DNA of 64,000 bases, from NCBI GenBank assembly GCA_016872915.1, contig VGYQ01000005.1, positions 171 through 64,170 on the forward strand, given 5' to 3'. Of the stretch, positions 26,112 through 36,653 are shown piece by piece; positions within the stretch are counted from its first letter, which is position 1; every line of letters starts with the position of its first letter. The notes under the pieces were generated by a model, which searched no databases, was not told the DNA's origin, and saw nothing but the letters and a program-made list of their open reading frames with translations. The DNA comes from Planctomycetota bacterium. GTDB lineage: Bacteria > Planctomycetota > Phycisphaerae > Phycisphaerales > SM1A02. A program made the position numbers and the translations under genes.

Positions 26112-27773
26112 ATGAGCACCCTTCAACAGCCCACGTCGCAGAACGCACTCCGATTGGACGCACGACCCGAGTGGAAGTCCCTGCAGCAACTCGCAAAGAC
26201 CGATGGAGCGATCCACCTGCGCGATCTGTTTCAGGGAGATGCCGGTCGTGCGGCGCGGTTCAGTGTGGAGGGTCCGCGCGGGATCTTCATGGATTACTCC
26301 AAGCAGCGCATGACTCCCGCCGTGTTCGATGCGCTGCTCGCGCTCGCGCGAGCATGCGGTGTTTCAGAGCGCACGAAGGCCATGTTCAGCGGTGAAAAGA
26401 TCAATATCACGGAGCAGCGCGCTGTGTTGCACACTGCACTTCGTGCCCCACGCGGCGCCACAGTTCTTGTCGACGGACGCAATGTGGTACCTGATGTGCA
26501 TGCGGTCATCGATCGAATGGCCGCATTCAGCACAGCCGTGCGCACGGGCGAGTGGCGTGGGCACACAGGCAAGCCCATACGCGCCATCGTCAACATCGGC
26601 ATCGGCGGCAGCGACCTCGGCCCAGCGATGGCGTACGACGCGCTGCTGCCCTACACGCAGCGAAATCTCTCTGTGCGATTCGTGTCCAACGTGGATGCGA
26701 CGGATTTCGCAGAGAAGACTCGCGACTGCGATCCTGCGCAGACGCTGTTCATCGTCTCGTCCAAGACATTTACCACGCTCGAGACCATGGCAAACGCCAA
26801 CACCGCACGCGAGTGGTTGCTCCGTGGACTCGGCGGAGATGCGGCTGCAGTCGCTCGCCACTTCGTTGCAGTTTCCACCAATGCAGAGAAAGTCCGAGCG
26901 TTCGGCATCGACACCGCAAACATGTTCGGGTTCTGGGACTGGGTGGGCGGTCGCTACTCGATGGACTCTGCGATCGGACTCTCCACCATGCTCGCCATCG
27001 GACCAGATGGGTTTCGCGACATGCTTCGTGGCTTCCATGAAATGGATGAGCATTTCCGTACGACACCGCTCGAGAGGAATCTCCCCGTGCTCATGGCGCT
27101 TGTGGGAATCTGGAATGTGAACTTCCTCGGCTCGCAAACGCTCGCTGTACTGCCTTATGACCAGTATCTCGATCGCTTCAGTTCCTATTTGCAGCAACTC
27201 GAAATGGAATCGAATGGCAAGCATGTGACCCTCGATGGGGCGCCCGTATCGTGGTCCACCTGCCCTGCAGTGTGGGGACAGCCTGGCACGAACGGCCAAC
27301 ATGCGTTCTATCAAATGATTCACCAGGGAACACCGCTCGTGCCCTGCGACTTCATCGCATTCTGCCACTCGCACAATCCAATCGGCAATCATCAGGATCT
27401 GCTCGTGGCGAACGTTCTGGCACAGGCGGAAGCGCTCGCATTCGGCAAGACACTGGCGGAAGTCGAGAAGGAGGGCAGTCCCGCATGGCTTGCGCCTCAC
27501 CGACAGTTCGCGGGGAACAGACCGACGACCACGATTCTGTGTCCGAAACTTGATCCCGCGATGCTCGGCAGTCTCATTGCACTCTACGAGCACAAAGTCT
27601 TCACACAGGGAACGATCTGGAACATCAACTCCTTCGATCAGTGGGGAGTCGAACTTGGCAAGGTGCTTGCGCAGCGAATCATCCCCGAACTGAGTGGACC
27701 GTCGCCCCGGCCGACGCACGATGGCAGCACGCAGCAACTCATCAGCCGCTACCGCGCGGCTCGAGGCGTGTAA
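26112..27773 (+). CDS. pgi: Glucose-6-phosphate isomerase
   Basis: [35 protein letters not shown] and [12 protein letters not shown] signatures. About 553 aa from the ATG at 26112. Confidence 0.93.
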   Translation: MSTLQQPTSQNALRLDARPEWKSLQQLAKTDGAIHLRDLFQGDAGRAARFSVEGPRGIFMDYSKQRMTPAVFDALLALARACGVSERTKAMFSGEKINITEQRAVLHTALRAPRGATVLVDGRNVVPDVHAVIDRMAAFSTAVRTGEWRGHTGKPIRAIVNIGIGGSDLGPAMAYDALLPYTQRNLSVRFVSNVDATDFAEKTRDCDPAQTLFIVSSKTFTTLETMANANTAREWLLRGLGGDAAAVARHFVAVSTNAEKVRAFGIDTANMFGFWDWVGGRYSMDSAIGLSTMLAIGPDGFRDMLRGFHEMDEHFRTTPLERNLPVLMALVGIWNVNFLGSQTLAVLPYDQYLDRFSSYLQQLEMESNGKHVTLDGAPVSWSTCPAVWGQPGTNGQHAFYQMIHQGTPLVPCDFIAFCHSHNPIGNHQDLLVANVLAQAEALAFGKTLAEVEKEGSPAWLAPHRQFAGNRPTTTILCPKLDPAMLGSLIALYEHKVFTQGTIWNINSFDQWGVELGKVLAQRIIPELSGPSPRPTHDGSTQQLISRYRAARGV

Positions 27774-27782
27774 TCGAACGCG

Positions 27783-28961
27783 TCAGGGCATTGCGCGGGC
27801 GACGGACTGAACCGCCTGCACAACGCGTGCCGCCGCATCATCCATCTCACGCTGCGTTGTCAGCCTCGACATCGAGAAGCGCACAGCGCCATGCGCGACG
27901 TGGCGGTCGATCCCCATCGCCAACAGCACAGGCGACGGATCGAGTGAGCCGGACGAACACGCGGCCCCTGCCGACGCCGCAACATCCAGTCGCCCCAGTT
28001 CCACCAACAGCGCCTCCGACTGCAGCCGCGGGAAAGCGAGCAGACTTGTGTTCCAAAGGCGTGGAACCCGCTGACCGATCACCACGGCATCGCGGACTGC
28101 AGCCAACACCGCCGATTCGAAGGCATCTCTCCACTGCGAGAGTTGCTTTGGAAGCATGTCGCCGCGCTCGAGCCACTGCGATGCCTCCAGACACGCTGCA
28201 CCGAATCCGCAGATGCCAGCAACATTCTCCGTTCCGCCGCGGCGACCGCGCTCTTGAGGACCTCCGATGACCTGTCCCACGAGTGAAACGCCGCGCCGGC
28301 AATACAGTGCACCCACCCCCTTTGGCCCGTGCGCTTTGTGTGCAGACACGCTCAACAGATCACATCCGATTCGTGAGACATCGATCGCCACCCGACCAAG
28401 GCACTGCGTCGCATCGGTATGAAATCGGACCCCATGCTCGCGGCAGATGGTCGCAATCTGCTCGACGGGCTGAATCACACCTGTCTCATTGTTGGCCCAC
28501 ATCAGTGAAACGATCGCCACCTCGCGAGCTCGATTGCCAAGCAGCCGAGCCAACTGCGCAAGATCGACGCGGCCCTCCGAATCGAGTTCGACCCAAGCCA
28601 CCTCGCCTCGGTCCGACCCCGCACGCCACTCACCACTCTCGACGGCGTTCGCACACTCCCGGACGGCCGCATGCTCCGTCTGTGCCGTGACCACGACATG
28701 ACGGCCTGGTTCGTGTCCGAGTGAACCACACAGTGCAAGATTGCAAGACTCAGTCCCTCCAGAGGTAAACACCACCTCGCGAGTCGAGGCGCCAATGGCG
28801 CGCGCCACCTCAGTCCGCGCCCGATCAATCTGCTCGCGTGCCTGACCACCGAAGGAATGCACGCTCGACGGATTGCCCCAACTCTCATGGAGTGCGCAGT
28901 GGACGGCCTCCACCACTGCAACCGAGGGAGCCGTTGTGGCGTTATTGTCGAGGTAAATCAT
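27783..28961 (-). CDS. Cysteine desulfurase (NifS/IscS class V aminotransferase)
   Basis: MIYLDNNATT start is typical of the family. PLP-lysine context SVSAHKAHGPKGVGALY. Active-site loop SAGAACSSG. A TTG at 28982 is possible but less likely. Confidence 0.85.
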   Translation of the reverse strand: MIYLDNNATTAPSVAVVEAVHCALHESWGNPSSVHSFGGQAREQIDRARTEVARAIGASTREVVFTSGGTESCNLALCGSLGHEPGRHVVVTAQTEHAAVRECANAVESGEWRAGSDRGEVAWVELDSEGRVDLAQLARLLGNRAREVAIVSLMWANNETGVIQPVEQIATICREHGVRFHTDATQCLGRVAIDVSRIGCDLLSVSAHKAHGPKGVGALYCRRGVSLVGQVIGGPQERGRRGGTENVAGICGFGAACLEASQWLERGDMLPKQLSQWRDAFESAVLAAVRDAVVIGQRVPRLWNTSLLAFPRLQSEALLVELGRLDVAASAGAACSSGSLDPSPVLLAMGIDRHVAHGAVRFSMSRLTTQREMDDAAARVVQAVQSVARAMP

Positions 28962-28980
28962 GGACGGGAGACCAGTGTCC

Positions 28981-29011
28981 AAATGAAACGCGCCGCCTTC
29001 CGGCGGCGCGT
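28981..29011 (-). terminator. Intrinsic terminator downstream of tRNA-Leu
   Basis: Perfect 10-bp GC-rich stem ACGCGCCGCC/GGCGGCGCGT with loop TTCC (28988-29011). On the minus strand it is followed by TTCATTT. Confidence 0.6.
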
Positions 29012-29025
29012 CCTTGCGTCAAGAG

Positions 29026-29112
<87 letters not shown>

Positions 29113-29321
29113 GGATCGAAAGTCTAGCAGGGAGACGCATGGAGTGCATCCTGATGCATTCGATGGACCACTCGGCGACTGGCCCCTTCCGCCGAGTGAT
29201 CCACGATGGGCACCCACCTGCAACGGCCTGCAGCTCAGTGAGCGCCCACATGCATGGAGGACGCACCCGCCCCAGTGCTCCATGAGCAGGGCGCACCGCC
29301 TCCAACGGCCTTGTTGTTCCG

Positions 29322-30623
29322 TCAATCGTCGTTAGCCCCGGCGCCGCGCTTTGCAGCTGCCGGTGCCGTTGGATCTTTCGCCAGTTTCGCGACTACCGCA
29401 GATCGAATCTCTGCCGCCAGGTCTGGATTCTCTCGGATGAAGGCCTTTGATACTTCGCGCCCTTGTCCAAGGCGAACCTGCCCGAAACTGAACCATGCTC
29501 CTGACTTCTCGCACACGCCGTGTAGGACCGCAAGGTCGAGCAGATCGCCCGAAGTGCTGATGCCCTCGGTGAACATGATGTCGAACTCTGCCTCTCGGAA
29601 TGGCGGGGCAATCTTGTTCTTCACGATCTTCGCACGAACACGATTCCCAACGTTCTGCTCACCGTCCTTGATGGCGCCAATGCGGCGGATATCCACACGG
29701 ACCGACGAGTAAAACTTGAGCGCACGACCACCCGTTGTCGTCTCTGGGCTACCGAACATGACCCCAATCTTTTCGCGCAGCTGATTGATAAAGATCACAA
29801 TGACATCACTCTTGGCGATGGCTCCAGTCAGCTTGCGCATCGCCTGACTCATCAGGCGCGCCTGCAAGCCCACATGACTGTCGCCCATTTCCCCCTCAAT
29901 TTCAGCGCGAGGAATCAGCGCCGCAACGGAGTCGACCACGATGACATCCACTGCGTTCGATCGAACAAGGAGTTCGCAGATTTCGAGCGCCTGTTCACCG
30001 GTGTCAGGCTGTGAAATAAGCATGTCCTCGAGTTTGACGCCAAGCCGCTTTGCCCACGAGGGATCAAGCGCGTGCTCCGCATCGATGAACGCCGCATTGC
30101 CTCCACCCTTCTGCGCGTTCGCGATGACCGTCAACGCGAGCGTTGTTTTGCCCGATGACTCTGGGCCGAAGATCTCGACGATGCGCCCCTTCGGCAGACC
30201 CTTGCCGCCGAGAGCAATGTCGAGGCTCAGAGCGCCAGTGCTGATCCCTTGGATATCTGGCAGATTGTCGCCCACAAATCGCATGATCGAGCCCTTCCCA
30301 AAGGTCTTCTCGATATGACCGACCGCAGTTTCGAGGGCGCGCACCTTCGCAGCGTTTGCCGGTCCGGCCGCAGCTGCTGGCTCCTTCGCGCTGGATTTTC
30401 CACTCGATGAACCAACAGATGACGGCGAGGCTGCGGATGATTGTGTGGCGGATGGCATTGCTGCAGTTGTATCCAGACTGCCGCGCGAAGGCGCGCCGAG
30501 ACCAGCCCGTGGCGTTGCCGATTTGTTTGCCGCCCCCGCGGCACCCCCTGTTGTGGCCCCCGCCACCGTGTTCCCCGCCTGCGACTTGTTTCCCTGAACT
30601 CCGTTTGGTGCTGCTGCGATCAT
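29322..30623 (-). CDS. recA: Recombinase RecA with an N-terminal low-complexity extension of about 85 aa
   Basis: Canonical core from [23 protein letters not shown]-loop [12 protein letters not shown], and L1/L2 regions. The ATG at 30623 is preceded by AAGGAG. The ORF-track start at 30734 lies in AT-rich, non-coding-looking sequence. Alternative ATG at 30458. Confidence 0.9.
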   Translation of the reverse strand: MIAAAPNGVQGNKSQAGNTVAGATTGGAAGAANKSATPRAGLGAPSRGSLDTTAAMPSATQSSAASPSSVGSSSGKSSAKEPAAAAGPANAAKVRALETAVGHIEKTFGKGSIMRFVGDNLPDIQGISTGALSLDIALGGKGLPKGRIVEIFGPESSGKTTLALTVIANAQKGGGNAAFIDAEHALDPSWAKRLGVKLEDMLISQPDTGEQALEICELLVRSNAVDVIVVDSVAALIPRAEIEGEMGDSHVGLQARLMSQAMRKLTGAIAKSDVIVIFINQLREKIGVMFGSPETTTGGRALKFYSSVRVDIRRIGAIKDGEQNVGNRVRAKIVKNKIAPPFREAEFDIMFTEGISTSGDLLDLAVLHGVCEKSGAWFSFGQVRLGQGREVSKAFIRENPDLAAEIRSAVVAKLAKDPTAPAAAKRGAGANDD

Positions 30624-30887
30624 GTTGTCCACTGACTCCTTCTTTTCCGCCCAAGGCTTGGAATCCACGCGATTCTGCGACCTGGAGCATCCTTGCTTCG
30701 TTTGGTTTCTGTACGGTATCTGTTCTATCGGCATCCGTCAACAATCTGTTCGGATTTTTTTAGGGTCATTTTTCAGCCCTGTTCCTCTGTTGGCACACTA
30801 TCCGCCTGCAACGGTGTCGCCATCAAAGACGGCCGTTTTTCTTGCGCCAGATCGACTTCAGATCATCGCAGTTACCCTGCGCCGCCG

Positions 30888-31130
30888 ATGCCTCTCCCAC
30901 CAAGCATCCCCCGCGCCTGCCCCAGTTGCGGCAGCACCGAGCGGTATGTGACCAAGGTGAGCTCAGGTGGCGGTTACGCGCCGAACTACCTTCCTCAACT
31001 CTCCACAAAGTGGTGGACGACCCCAAAACTTGATGTTGTTTGTTGTGCAAAGTGCGGCCTCATGCAGCTCTTCGCGCCAGAAGCAAGCCGAGCCAAGTTG
31101 CCCGCTTCAAGCGCTTGGACCAGGCTCTAA
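30888..31130 (+). CDS. Small zinc-ribbon protein (80 aa), unknown function
   Basis: CPSCG...CCAKCG two-knuckle pattern. ATG at 30888; the upstream part of the ORF-track entry is AT-rich leader. Confidence 0.5.
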   Translation: MPLPPSIPRACPSCGSTERYVTKVSSGGGYAPNYLPQLSTKWWTTPKLDVVCCAKCGLMQLFAPEASRAKLPASSAWTRL

Positions 31131-31186
31131 AGGAACAGGCCACCACCTGCGCCACGGCCGGTCAACCGCACCAAAGCACAGACCGC

Positions 31187-32158
31187 TCAATAGTTCGGCG
31201 TGGGGGCGCGGAACTGCGTCATATCGACGCTCTTGAACCACTCCACTGTCCGGGGCAGCCCCTCGGCGAGTTTCACGCGCGGCTCCCACCCGAGCACCCG
31301 CCTTGCCAAAGTGATGTCTGGGCAGCGCTGCGCCGGATCATCTTGGGGAAGCGGACGAGCCTGTTCAATCCGCGCCGAGCCCCCGACAGCTTTCACAACC
31401 CGCTCCGCCAATTCACGGATGGTGAACTCCTCCGGATTGCCGAGATTCACGGGTCCAGTGAAATCATCCTCGGTTGCCATCGCCCGCATCAGGCCTTCCA
31501 CCAAATCGTCCACATAACAAAACGACCGCGTCTGCATGCCATCGCCATACAGCGTGAGCGGTTCACCACGAATCGCCTGACGAATGAAGTTGCTGACCAC
31601 TCGACCATCGAAGGGATGCATGCGCGGCCCGTATGTGTTGAAGATGCGCACAACCTTGATGCGGACTTTATTGACGCGCCAGTAATCGAACATCAATGTC
31701 TCGGCCGCGCGCTTTCCCTCGTCGTAACACGAGCGCGGCCCAATGGGATTCACGTTCCCTCGGTAGTCCTCGGGCTGCGGATGGACATCCGGATCGCCGT
31801 AGACCTCACTCGTCGATGCCTGCAGCACTTTCGCGCGCAAACGCTTGGCCAACCCGAGCGCGTGCATGGTGCCCATCACACTCGTCTTCAGCGTCTTGAT
31901 CGGGTTGTGCTGGTAATGCCCTGGCGCCGCGGGGCACGCGAGGTTGTAAATCTCATCGACCTCGAACTTGAAACTCTCCGTGACATCGTGGCGCACGAAC
32001 TCGAAGTTCGGCTGCCCGAGCAGGTGCTCGATGTTCAACTTCTGACCGGTGAAGAGGTTGTCGATGCAGACCACATCGTGCCCCTCCGCGAGCAGTCGTT
32101 CACACAGGTGGGAACCGAGAAAACCCGCCCCACCCGTGATCAAGATTCTCTTGCTCAT
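31187..32158 (-). CDS. UDP-glucuronate decarboxylase (UDP-xylose synthase), SDR family
   Basis: [18 protein letters not shown] Rossmann motif, SDR catalytic YDEGKR, and strong end-to-end resemblance to UXS enzymes. Confidence 0.88.
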   Translation of the reverse strand: MSKRILITGGAGFLGSHLCERLLAEGHDVVCIDNLFTGQKLNIEHLLGQPNFEFVRHDVTESFKFEVDEIYNLACPAAPGHYQHNPIKTLKTSVMGTMHALGLAKRLRAKVLQASTSEVYGDPDVHPQPEDYRGNVNPIGPRSCYDEGKRAAETLMFDYWRVNKVRIKVVRIFNTYGPRMHPFDGRVVSNFIRQAIRGEPLTLYGDGMQTRSFCYVDDLVEGLMRAMATEDDFTGPVNLGNPEEFTIRELAERVVKAVGGSARIEQARPLPQDDPAQRCPDITLARRVLGWEPRVKLAEGLPRTVEWFKSVDMTQFRAPTPNY

Positions 32159-32193
32159 TGGCGCAGGAGTCTAGCAACTGCGATACTGCACGG

Positions 32194-33399
32194 ATGCCGC
32201 CACGCGGTCCGCGACTCATCTTTGGTGCGATGACAGGCACAAGCATCGATGCTGTCGATGCCGCGGCAGTGCACGTCGTTGGACGCGGGCTCCGCGCACG
32301 CGCAGTCCTGCTCGGCACGGCCACGGCCTCCCTCGGCGCGCTGAGCGGGCGCCTGCGCGCGGCGCAGCGACAGGAGCCCACCACCGCGGCAGACTTTGCA
32401 AACCTCGCGCGTGAACTCGCGCTCGCACACCTCCCCGCCATGCGCGAACTCGAGGCCAAACATGGTTCGCCCACGTTGATCGTCGTGCACGGGCAGACCC
32501 TCTTCCACGCACCACCCACGAGTCTGCAGTGGATCAATCCGACTCCGCTCCTGACCGAGCTCGGCTGTGATGTGCTCTTCGACTTGCGCGCACGCGATCT
32601 CGCACTGGGCGGTCAAGGCGCACCTATCACGCCGCTCGCAGATTGGATGCTCTTCCGATCACCGCGCTGCGCGCGCATGATCGTGAACTTGGGTGGTTTT
32701 GTGAACGCCACCCGTCTGCCACCGGCGCCGCCGGGAAGCGGTAGCGCTCGCGAGACAGCGTGGATCGAGGGTGTGCGCGGTTTCGATGTCTGCCTCTGCA
32801 ACCAACTGCTCGATCATCTTGCGCGAACGCGAATCGGCGAGGCCTTCGATCGGAACGGCGAACGTGCCTCGCGCGGGACCACTTCGGTCGCTGTGCAGCG
32901 CGAGCTTGAAGCAGTGCTCACCGCGCAAGCGCGGTCGGGACGCTCGCTCGGAACCGCCGACGAAGTTGTCGCGAAGGCGGCTCTCATCCTTCGCGAGCTT
33001 CCAAGCGAAGATGCACTGGCCACTGCGGCTTCGGCCATCGGAACCGCGCTCGGTCGGACGATCAACGGCGACTCGCCCCCGCGCGCTCAAGAGCGGACGG
33101 AGGTCTTTGCGGCCGGAGGGGGCGTTCACCACAAACCGCTGATGGAGGCCATCGAGCGGGCAATCGGCCGACCCATACGAACCACGCAGATGCTCGGCAT
33201 TGGCCCGGAAGCGCGAGAGTCGACCGCCATGGCGGTCCTCGGTGCACTGGCAATGGATGGCGTTCCAATCACCCTGCCGGCCGTCACCGGGAGGCGCCAC
33301 GGACCAGGGCAGGACGGAATCCTGCTGCGCGGCACGTCTCAAGCATTCACTCAATCTTCACATGGCGTTGCCAAGATGCGCCAACAACAGTCGCGATAA
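32194..33399 (+). CDS. anmK: Anhydro-N-acetylmuramic acid kinase
   Basis: GAMTGTSIDAVDAA, HGQTLFH, DLALGGQGAPI and AAGGGVHH match AnmK. ATG at 32194; the TTG at 32158 in the ORF track is less likely. Confidence 0.85.
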   Translation: MPPRGPRLIFGAMTGTSIDAVDAAAVHVVGRGLRARAVLLGTATASLGALSGRLRAAQRQEPTTAADFANLARELALAHLPAMRELEAKHGSPTLIVVHGQTLFHAPPTSLQWINPTPLLTELGCDVLFDLRARDLALGGQGAPITPLADWMLFRSPRCARMIVNLGGFVNATRLPPAPPGSGSARETAWIEGVRGFDVCLCNQLLDHLARTRIGEAFDRNGERASRGTTSVAVQRELEAVLTAQARSGRSLGTADEVVAKAALILRELPSEDALATAASAIGTALGRTINGDSPPRAQERTEVFAAGGGVHHKPLMEAIERAIGRPIRTTQMLGIGPEARESTAMAVLGALAMDGVPITLPAVTGRRHGPGQDGILLRGTSQAFTQSSHGVAKMRQQQSR

Positions 33400-33412
33400 T
33401 GCCAGGGTTCCC

Positions 33413-34135
33413 ATGACGTCGAAGAAGACAGCACTAATCGTCGAGGATGAGCAGGAAATCGCGGAACTGGTCCGCTTTCATTTGCAGCGTGAGGGGTTCG
33501 AATGTGCCGTCACACGATCGGGCCGTCGCGCACTCGAATTGGCGCGCCAAGCTACTCCACACCTGATGATCCTCGACCTGATGCTTCCCGACCTCGACGG
33601 ACTCGAAGTCTGCAAGCGCATGAAGGAGAGCGAACAGACGCGGGGCGTTCTGATCGTGATGCTCTCTGCGCGGGGCAGCGAAAGCGACATCGTCACCGGC
33701 ATCGAACTCGGTGCAGACGACTACGTCACGAAGCCGTTCAGTCCCCGCGTACTGATGGCGCGCATCCACAATGTCCTGCGGCGTGTGTCCACGCCGATAC
33801 GCGACGAACTCGCAGAATCCGCAATCGTTCGCTGTGGTGGCAACCTGATCATCGACAAGGAACGCCATCAAGTCTCGGTGAATGGCAAGCAGGTTCCACT
33901 CACCACCACCGAGTTCGCGATGCTTGCCATGCTTGCACGCAAGCCCGGCTTCGTGCGCACTCGGGATCAGATCATTGCGACGGTTCATGGACCGAAGACG
34001 GTTCTCTCGCAGCGCACGATCGATGTTCATATCACCGCGATACGTCGCAAGATCGGCGAGTTCGGTGAGGCGATCGAGACCGTGCGTGGTATTGGCTATC
34101 GGTTCGCCGACGGCGAAACAGTCGACGCCGAATGA
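33413..34135 (+). CDS. phoB: OmpR/PhoB-family response regulator
   Basis: Receiver domain (ALIVEDEQEI, LMILDLMLPDLDG, phospho-acceptor Asp). Winged-helix output (LTTTEFAMLAMLARKPG, VRGIGYRF). Directly upstream of phoR-pstSCAB-phoU. Confidence 0.8.
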   Translation: MTSKKTALIVEDEQEIAELVRFHLQREGFECAVTRSGRRALELARQATPHLMILDLMLPDLDGLEVCKRMKESEQTRGVLIVMLSARGSESDIVTGIELGADDYVTKPFSPRVLMARIHNVLRRVSTPIRDELAESAIVRCGGNLIIDKERHQVSVNGKQVPLTTTEFAMLAMLARKPGFVRTRDQIIATVHGPKTVLSQRTIDVHITAIRRKIGEFGEAIETVRGIGYRFADGETVDAE

Positions 34136-34163
34136 TCCTGCGCCAAGCGGGTACAGTCCGTTC

Positions 34164-35543
34164 ATGCGACGCCTTGCTGACGGAACGCATTGGCGCCCCT
34201 ACCGGATTGCTGCAGGGTCGGCATTCGTGGTGCTGACCATCTGCCTGCTTGCGGGGGTCGGCCCTGTACCGCTCGTGGGCGTCGGCATGGCCGCAGCGGC
34301 TGGCGCGGTGGCATGGATCACGAGTCGTATGGAGCGTGAGCGCGTCATGACTCTGTATGCGCTGCTCGCTCGCATCGGTGATGGAGAACTCGGTGCCTCG
34401 CTGCCCGACTCGCTGCACGAGGGAACCCTGCGACTGCAGCGCGGCATCGCCCGAGCGCAGCGGGGCTACGCGGAGGCATTCGCGCGCGCTGAGATGGAGC
34501 GTGACGATCTGCAGACGCTGCTGAGTGCGATCCAGACGGGGCTGGTGGCACTCGATGGTCAACTTCGTGTCCGCAGCGCCAATGAGATCGCAGAGCGCAT
34601 GCTCGGACTGCAGACCACCGACTACCGCGGACGACTTCTGGCCGAAGTGATCCGCCAACCGGAACTGCTGGCATTCGCCGAGCGCGCGGCCGTCTCGCCC
34701 GAACCCATCATCGCGGAGATTCGCCTCACGGGCACCGGCACCGAGTCACTGATGGTGGCGGGCGAACCTCTGCGTGGACCGAGCAGTGGCGGTGTTTTGC
34801 TCGCGCTCGATGACGTCACGCGCCTGCGGCGACTGGAGAATGTCCGCGCAGACTTCGCCGCGAATGTGTCACACGAACTGCGCACTCCGATCACCAGCAT
34901 CAAGGGCTATGTGGAAACGCTGCTCGATGTCGGTGCCACCGATCCCGAGCAGGTCCGTCACTTCCTCGGTGTGATTCACCGCAGCACGATACGGCTTTCG
35001 ACACTGATCGAAGACATCCTGCTGCTTGCCTTTCTCGATCAGCCGCGTGTCGCAACCCACATCGACTTCGCCCAGATGCCGCTGCGGAGCGTGGTCGAGG
35101 ACGCCTGCTCACAAGTGGCGCTGATGGCGCAGGCGCGCAGCATGACCGTCCACAACAGCGTGCCGGAAGACCTGCACGCCACCGTCAACGCAAGCCTGCT
35201 TTCCCAAGCCGTGCTGAATCTGCTCTCGAACGCGCTGAAGTATTCACCCGAGGGAACCACCGTTGCCATCAGCGGCGATCTGGTGAACGGCTGCGCGGAG
35301 ATCCAAGTACGCGATGAGGGTCCCGGTGTGGCGGACGAGCACCTGCCGCGCTTGTTTGAGAGGTTTTACCGAGTGGATGCCGCACGCAGCCGCGAGGCGG
35401 GCGGCACTGGGCTTGGCCTCGCCATCGTGAAGCACATCGCCATGGTGCACGGCGGCTCCGTATCGGTCGACTGTCCGAGAAATGGCGGCACCGTTTTCAC
35501 CATGCGAATCCCGCGTGGATTCCGCCAATTGAACGGGATCTGA
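34164..35543 (+). CDS. phoR: Phosphate-regulon sensor histidine kinase
   Basis: Two N-terminal TM segments, a PAS-like region, H-box SHELRTPITSIKGY, and N/G boxes (LLSNALKYSP, DEGPGV, GGTGLGLAIVKH). Confidence 0.8.
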   Translation: MRRLADGTHWRPYRIAAGSAFVVLTICLLAGVGPVPLVGVGMAAAAGAVAWITSRMERERVMTLYALLARIGDGELGASLPDSLHEGTLRLQRGIARAQRGYAEAFARAEMERDDLQTLLSAIQTGLVALDGQLRVRSANEIAERMLGLQTTDYRGRLLAEVIRQPELLAFAERAAVSPEPIIAEIRLTGTGTESLMVAGEPLRGPSSGGVLLALDDVTRLRRLENVRADFAANVSHELRTPITSIKGYVETLLDVGATDPEQVRHFLGVIHRSTIRLSTLIEDILLLAFLDQPRVATHIDFAQMPLRSVVEDACSQVALMAQARSMTVHNSVPEDLHATVNASLLSQAVLNLLSNALKYSPEGTTVAISGDLVNGCAEIQVRDEGPGVADEHLPRLFERFYRVDAARSREAGGTGLGLAIVKHIAMVHGGSVSVDCPRNGGTVFTMRIPRGFRQLNGI

Positions 35544-35578
35544 ACAATCTGCAAGCCCCAGTGAGAGAGCATGAACCC

Positions 35579-36583
35579 ATGAGATCGCCCCGATCATTCG
35601 TCCGAGCAGCCGTGGCGGTGGCAACAACCGCCCTCCTTGTCGCTGCGACTGGCATGTCGCAGTCACCGCCTGACCCGAAGGCCCTTCGGGGGTCCATACG
35701 AATCGATGGTTCATCCACGACGTTCCCTCTCACGGAAGCCGTCACGGAGGAGTTCGCCAAGATCGCGCCAAGGGTGAATGTCACGGTCGGTGTTTCAGGC
35801 ACGGGCGGCGGGTTCAAGCGCTTTTGTCATGGTGAGACGACGATCTCCAACGCATCACGCCCGATCGCACCAAGTGAAGTGGCCATGGCAGCGGAGGCAA
35901 AGATCGATTTCATGGAGATACCCGTGGCGATCGACACCCTGTGTTTCGTGGTGCATCCGAAGAACGACTGGATGAAGTCCATCTCGATCGAGCAAGCCCG
36001 CCGCATCTTTTCGGAGGGCGGACCACGCACGTGGAAGGAGGTCGATCCATCCTGGCCAGACCGTGCGATCAAGCGGTACTCCCCCGGTACAGATTCGGGG
36101 ACGTTCGACTACTTCAAGGACGCTGTCATGGGCAAGGACGCCAAGGTGCGTACGGACATCAGCGTCAGCGAGGATGACAACGTGCTCGTGCTCGGTGTCG
36201 CAGGGGACATCGATGCCATCGGTTTTTTCGGCATCGCCTTCTACACGGAGAATCAGAGCCGACTGCGATCGGTGCCGGTGCTTGGTGCCGCCGGAACGCC
36301 CGTGGTGCCTTCTGCCGCCACCGTACTCGACGAGACCTACCCGCTTGCCCGCCCACTCTTTCTCTACGTGAACGCCAAGGACGCTGCGCGCCCGGAAGTC
36401 GCCGCGTATGTCGACTTCTACCTTTCCAATATTTCGGACCTGGCTACGGAAGTCGGCTATCTGCCGCTGACAAAGGATCAACTGACCAAGTCATCGGCGA
36501 ACTGGGCTGCACGGCGCACGGGCACGCAGTTCGTGAAGGACGGCAAGCGAGTCGAGGGCACGTTCCAGAAGATCTACAAGTGA
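35579..36583 (+). CDS. pstS: Phosphate ABC transporter substrate-binding protein PstS
   Basis: Signal peptide MRSPRSFVRAAVAVATTALLVAATG. GSSTTFPL and SGTGGGFKRF phosphate-binding motifs. The GTG at 35561 is an alternative start. Confidence 0.88.
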   Translation: MRSPRSFVRAAVAVATTALLVAATGMSQSPPDPKALRGSIRIDGSSTTFPLTEAVTEEFAKIAPRVNVTVGVSGTGGGFKRFCHGETTISNASRPIAPSEVAMAAEAKIDFMEIPVAIDTLCFVVHPKNDWMKSISIEQARRIFSEGGPRTWKEVDPSWPDRAIKRYSPGTDSGTFDYFKDAVMGKDAKVRTDISVSEDDNVLVLGVAGDIDAIGFFGIAFYTENQSRLRSVPVLGAAGTPVVPSAATVLDETYPLARPLFLYVNAKDAARPEVAAYVDFYLSNISDLATEVGYLPLTKDQLTKSSANWAARRTGTQFVKDGKRVEGTFQKIYK

Positions 36584-36653
36584 CAGCATTGCCAAGCGAT
36601 CACACCACGCGCCGATCCGAGTAATTCCGCACTGCCCATCGACTGAGCCTTCA

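Noticed and set aside
26364-27737. 457-aa ORF on the minus strand
   Set aside because: It is antisense to pgi. No motifs.
31040-32233. 397-aa ORF on the plus strand
   Set aside because: It is entirely antisense to the strongly supported UDP-xylose synthase gene. It is Arg/His/Pro-rich with no motifs, typical of spurious antisense frames in GC-rich DNA.
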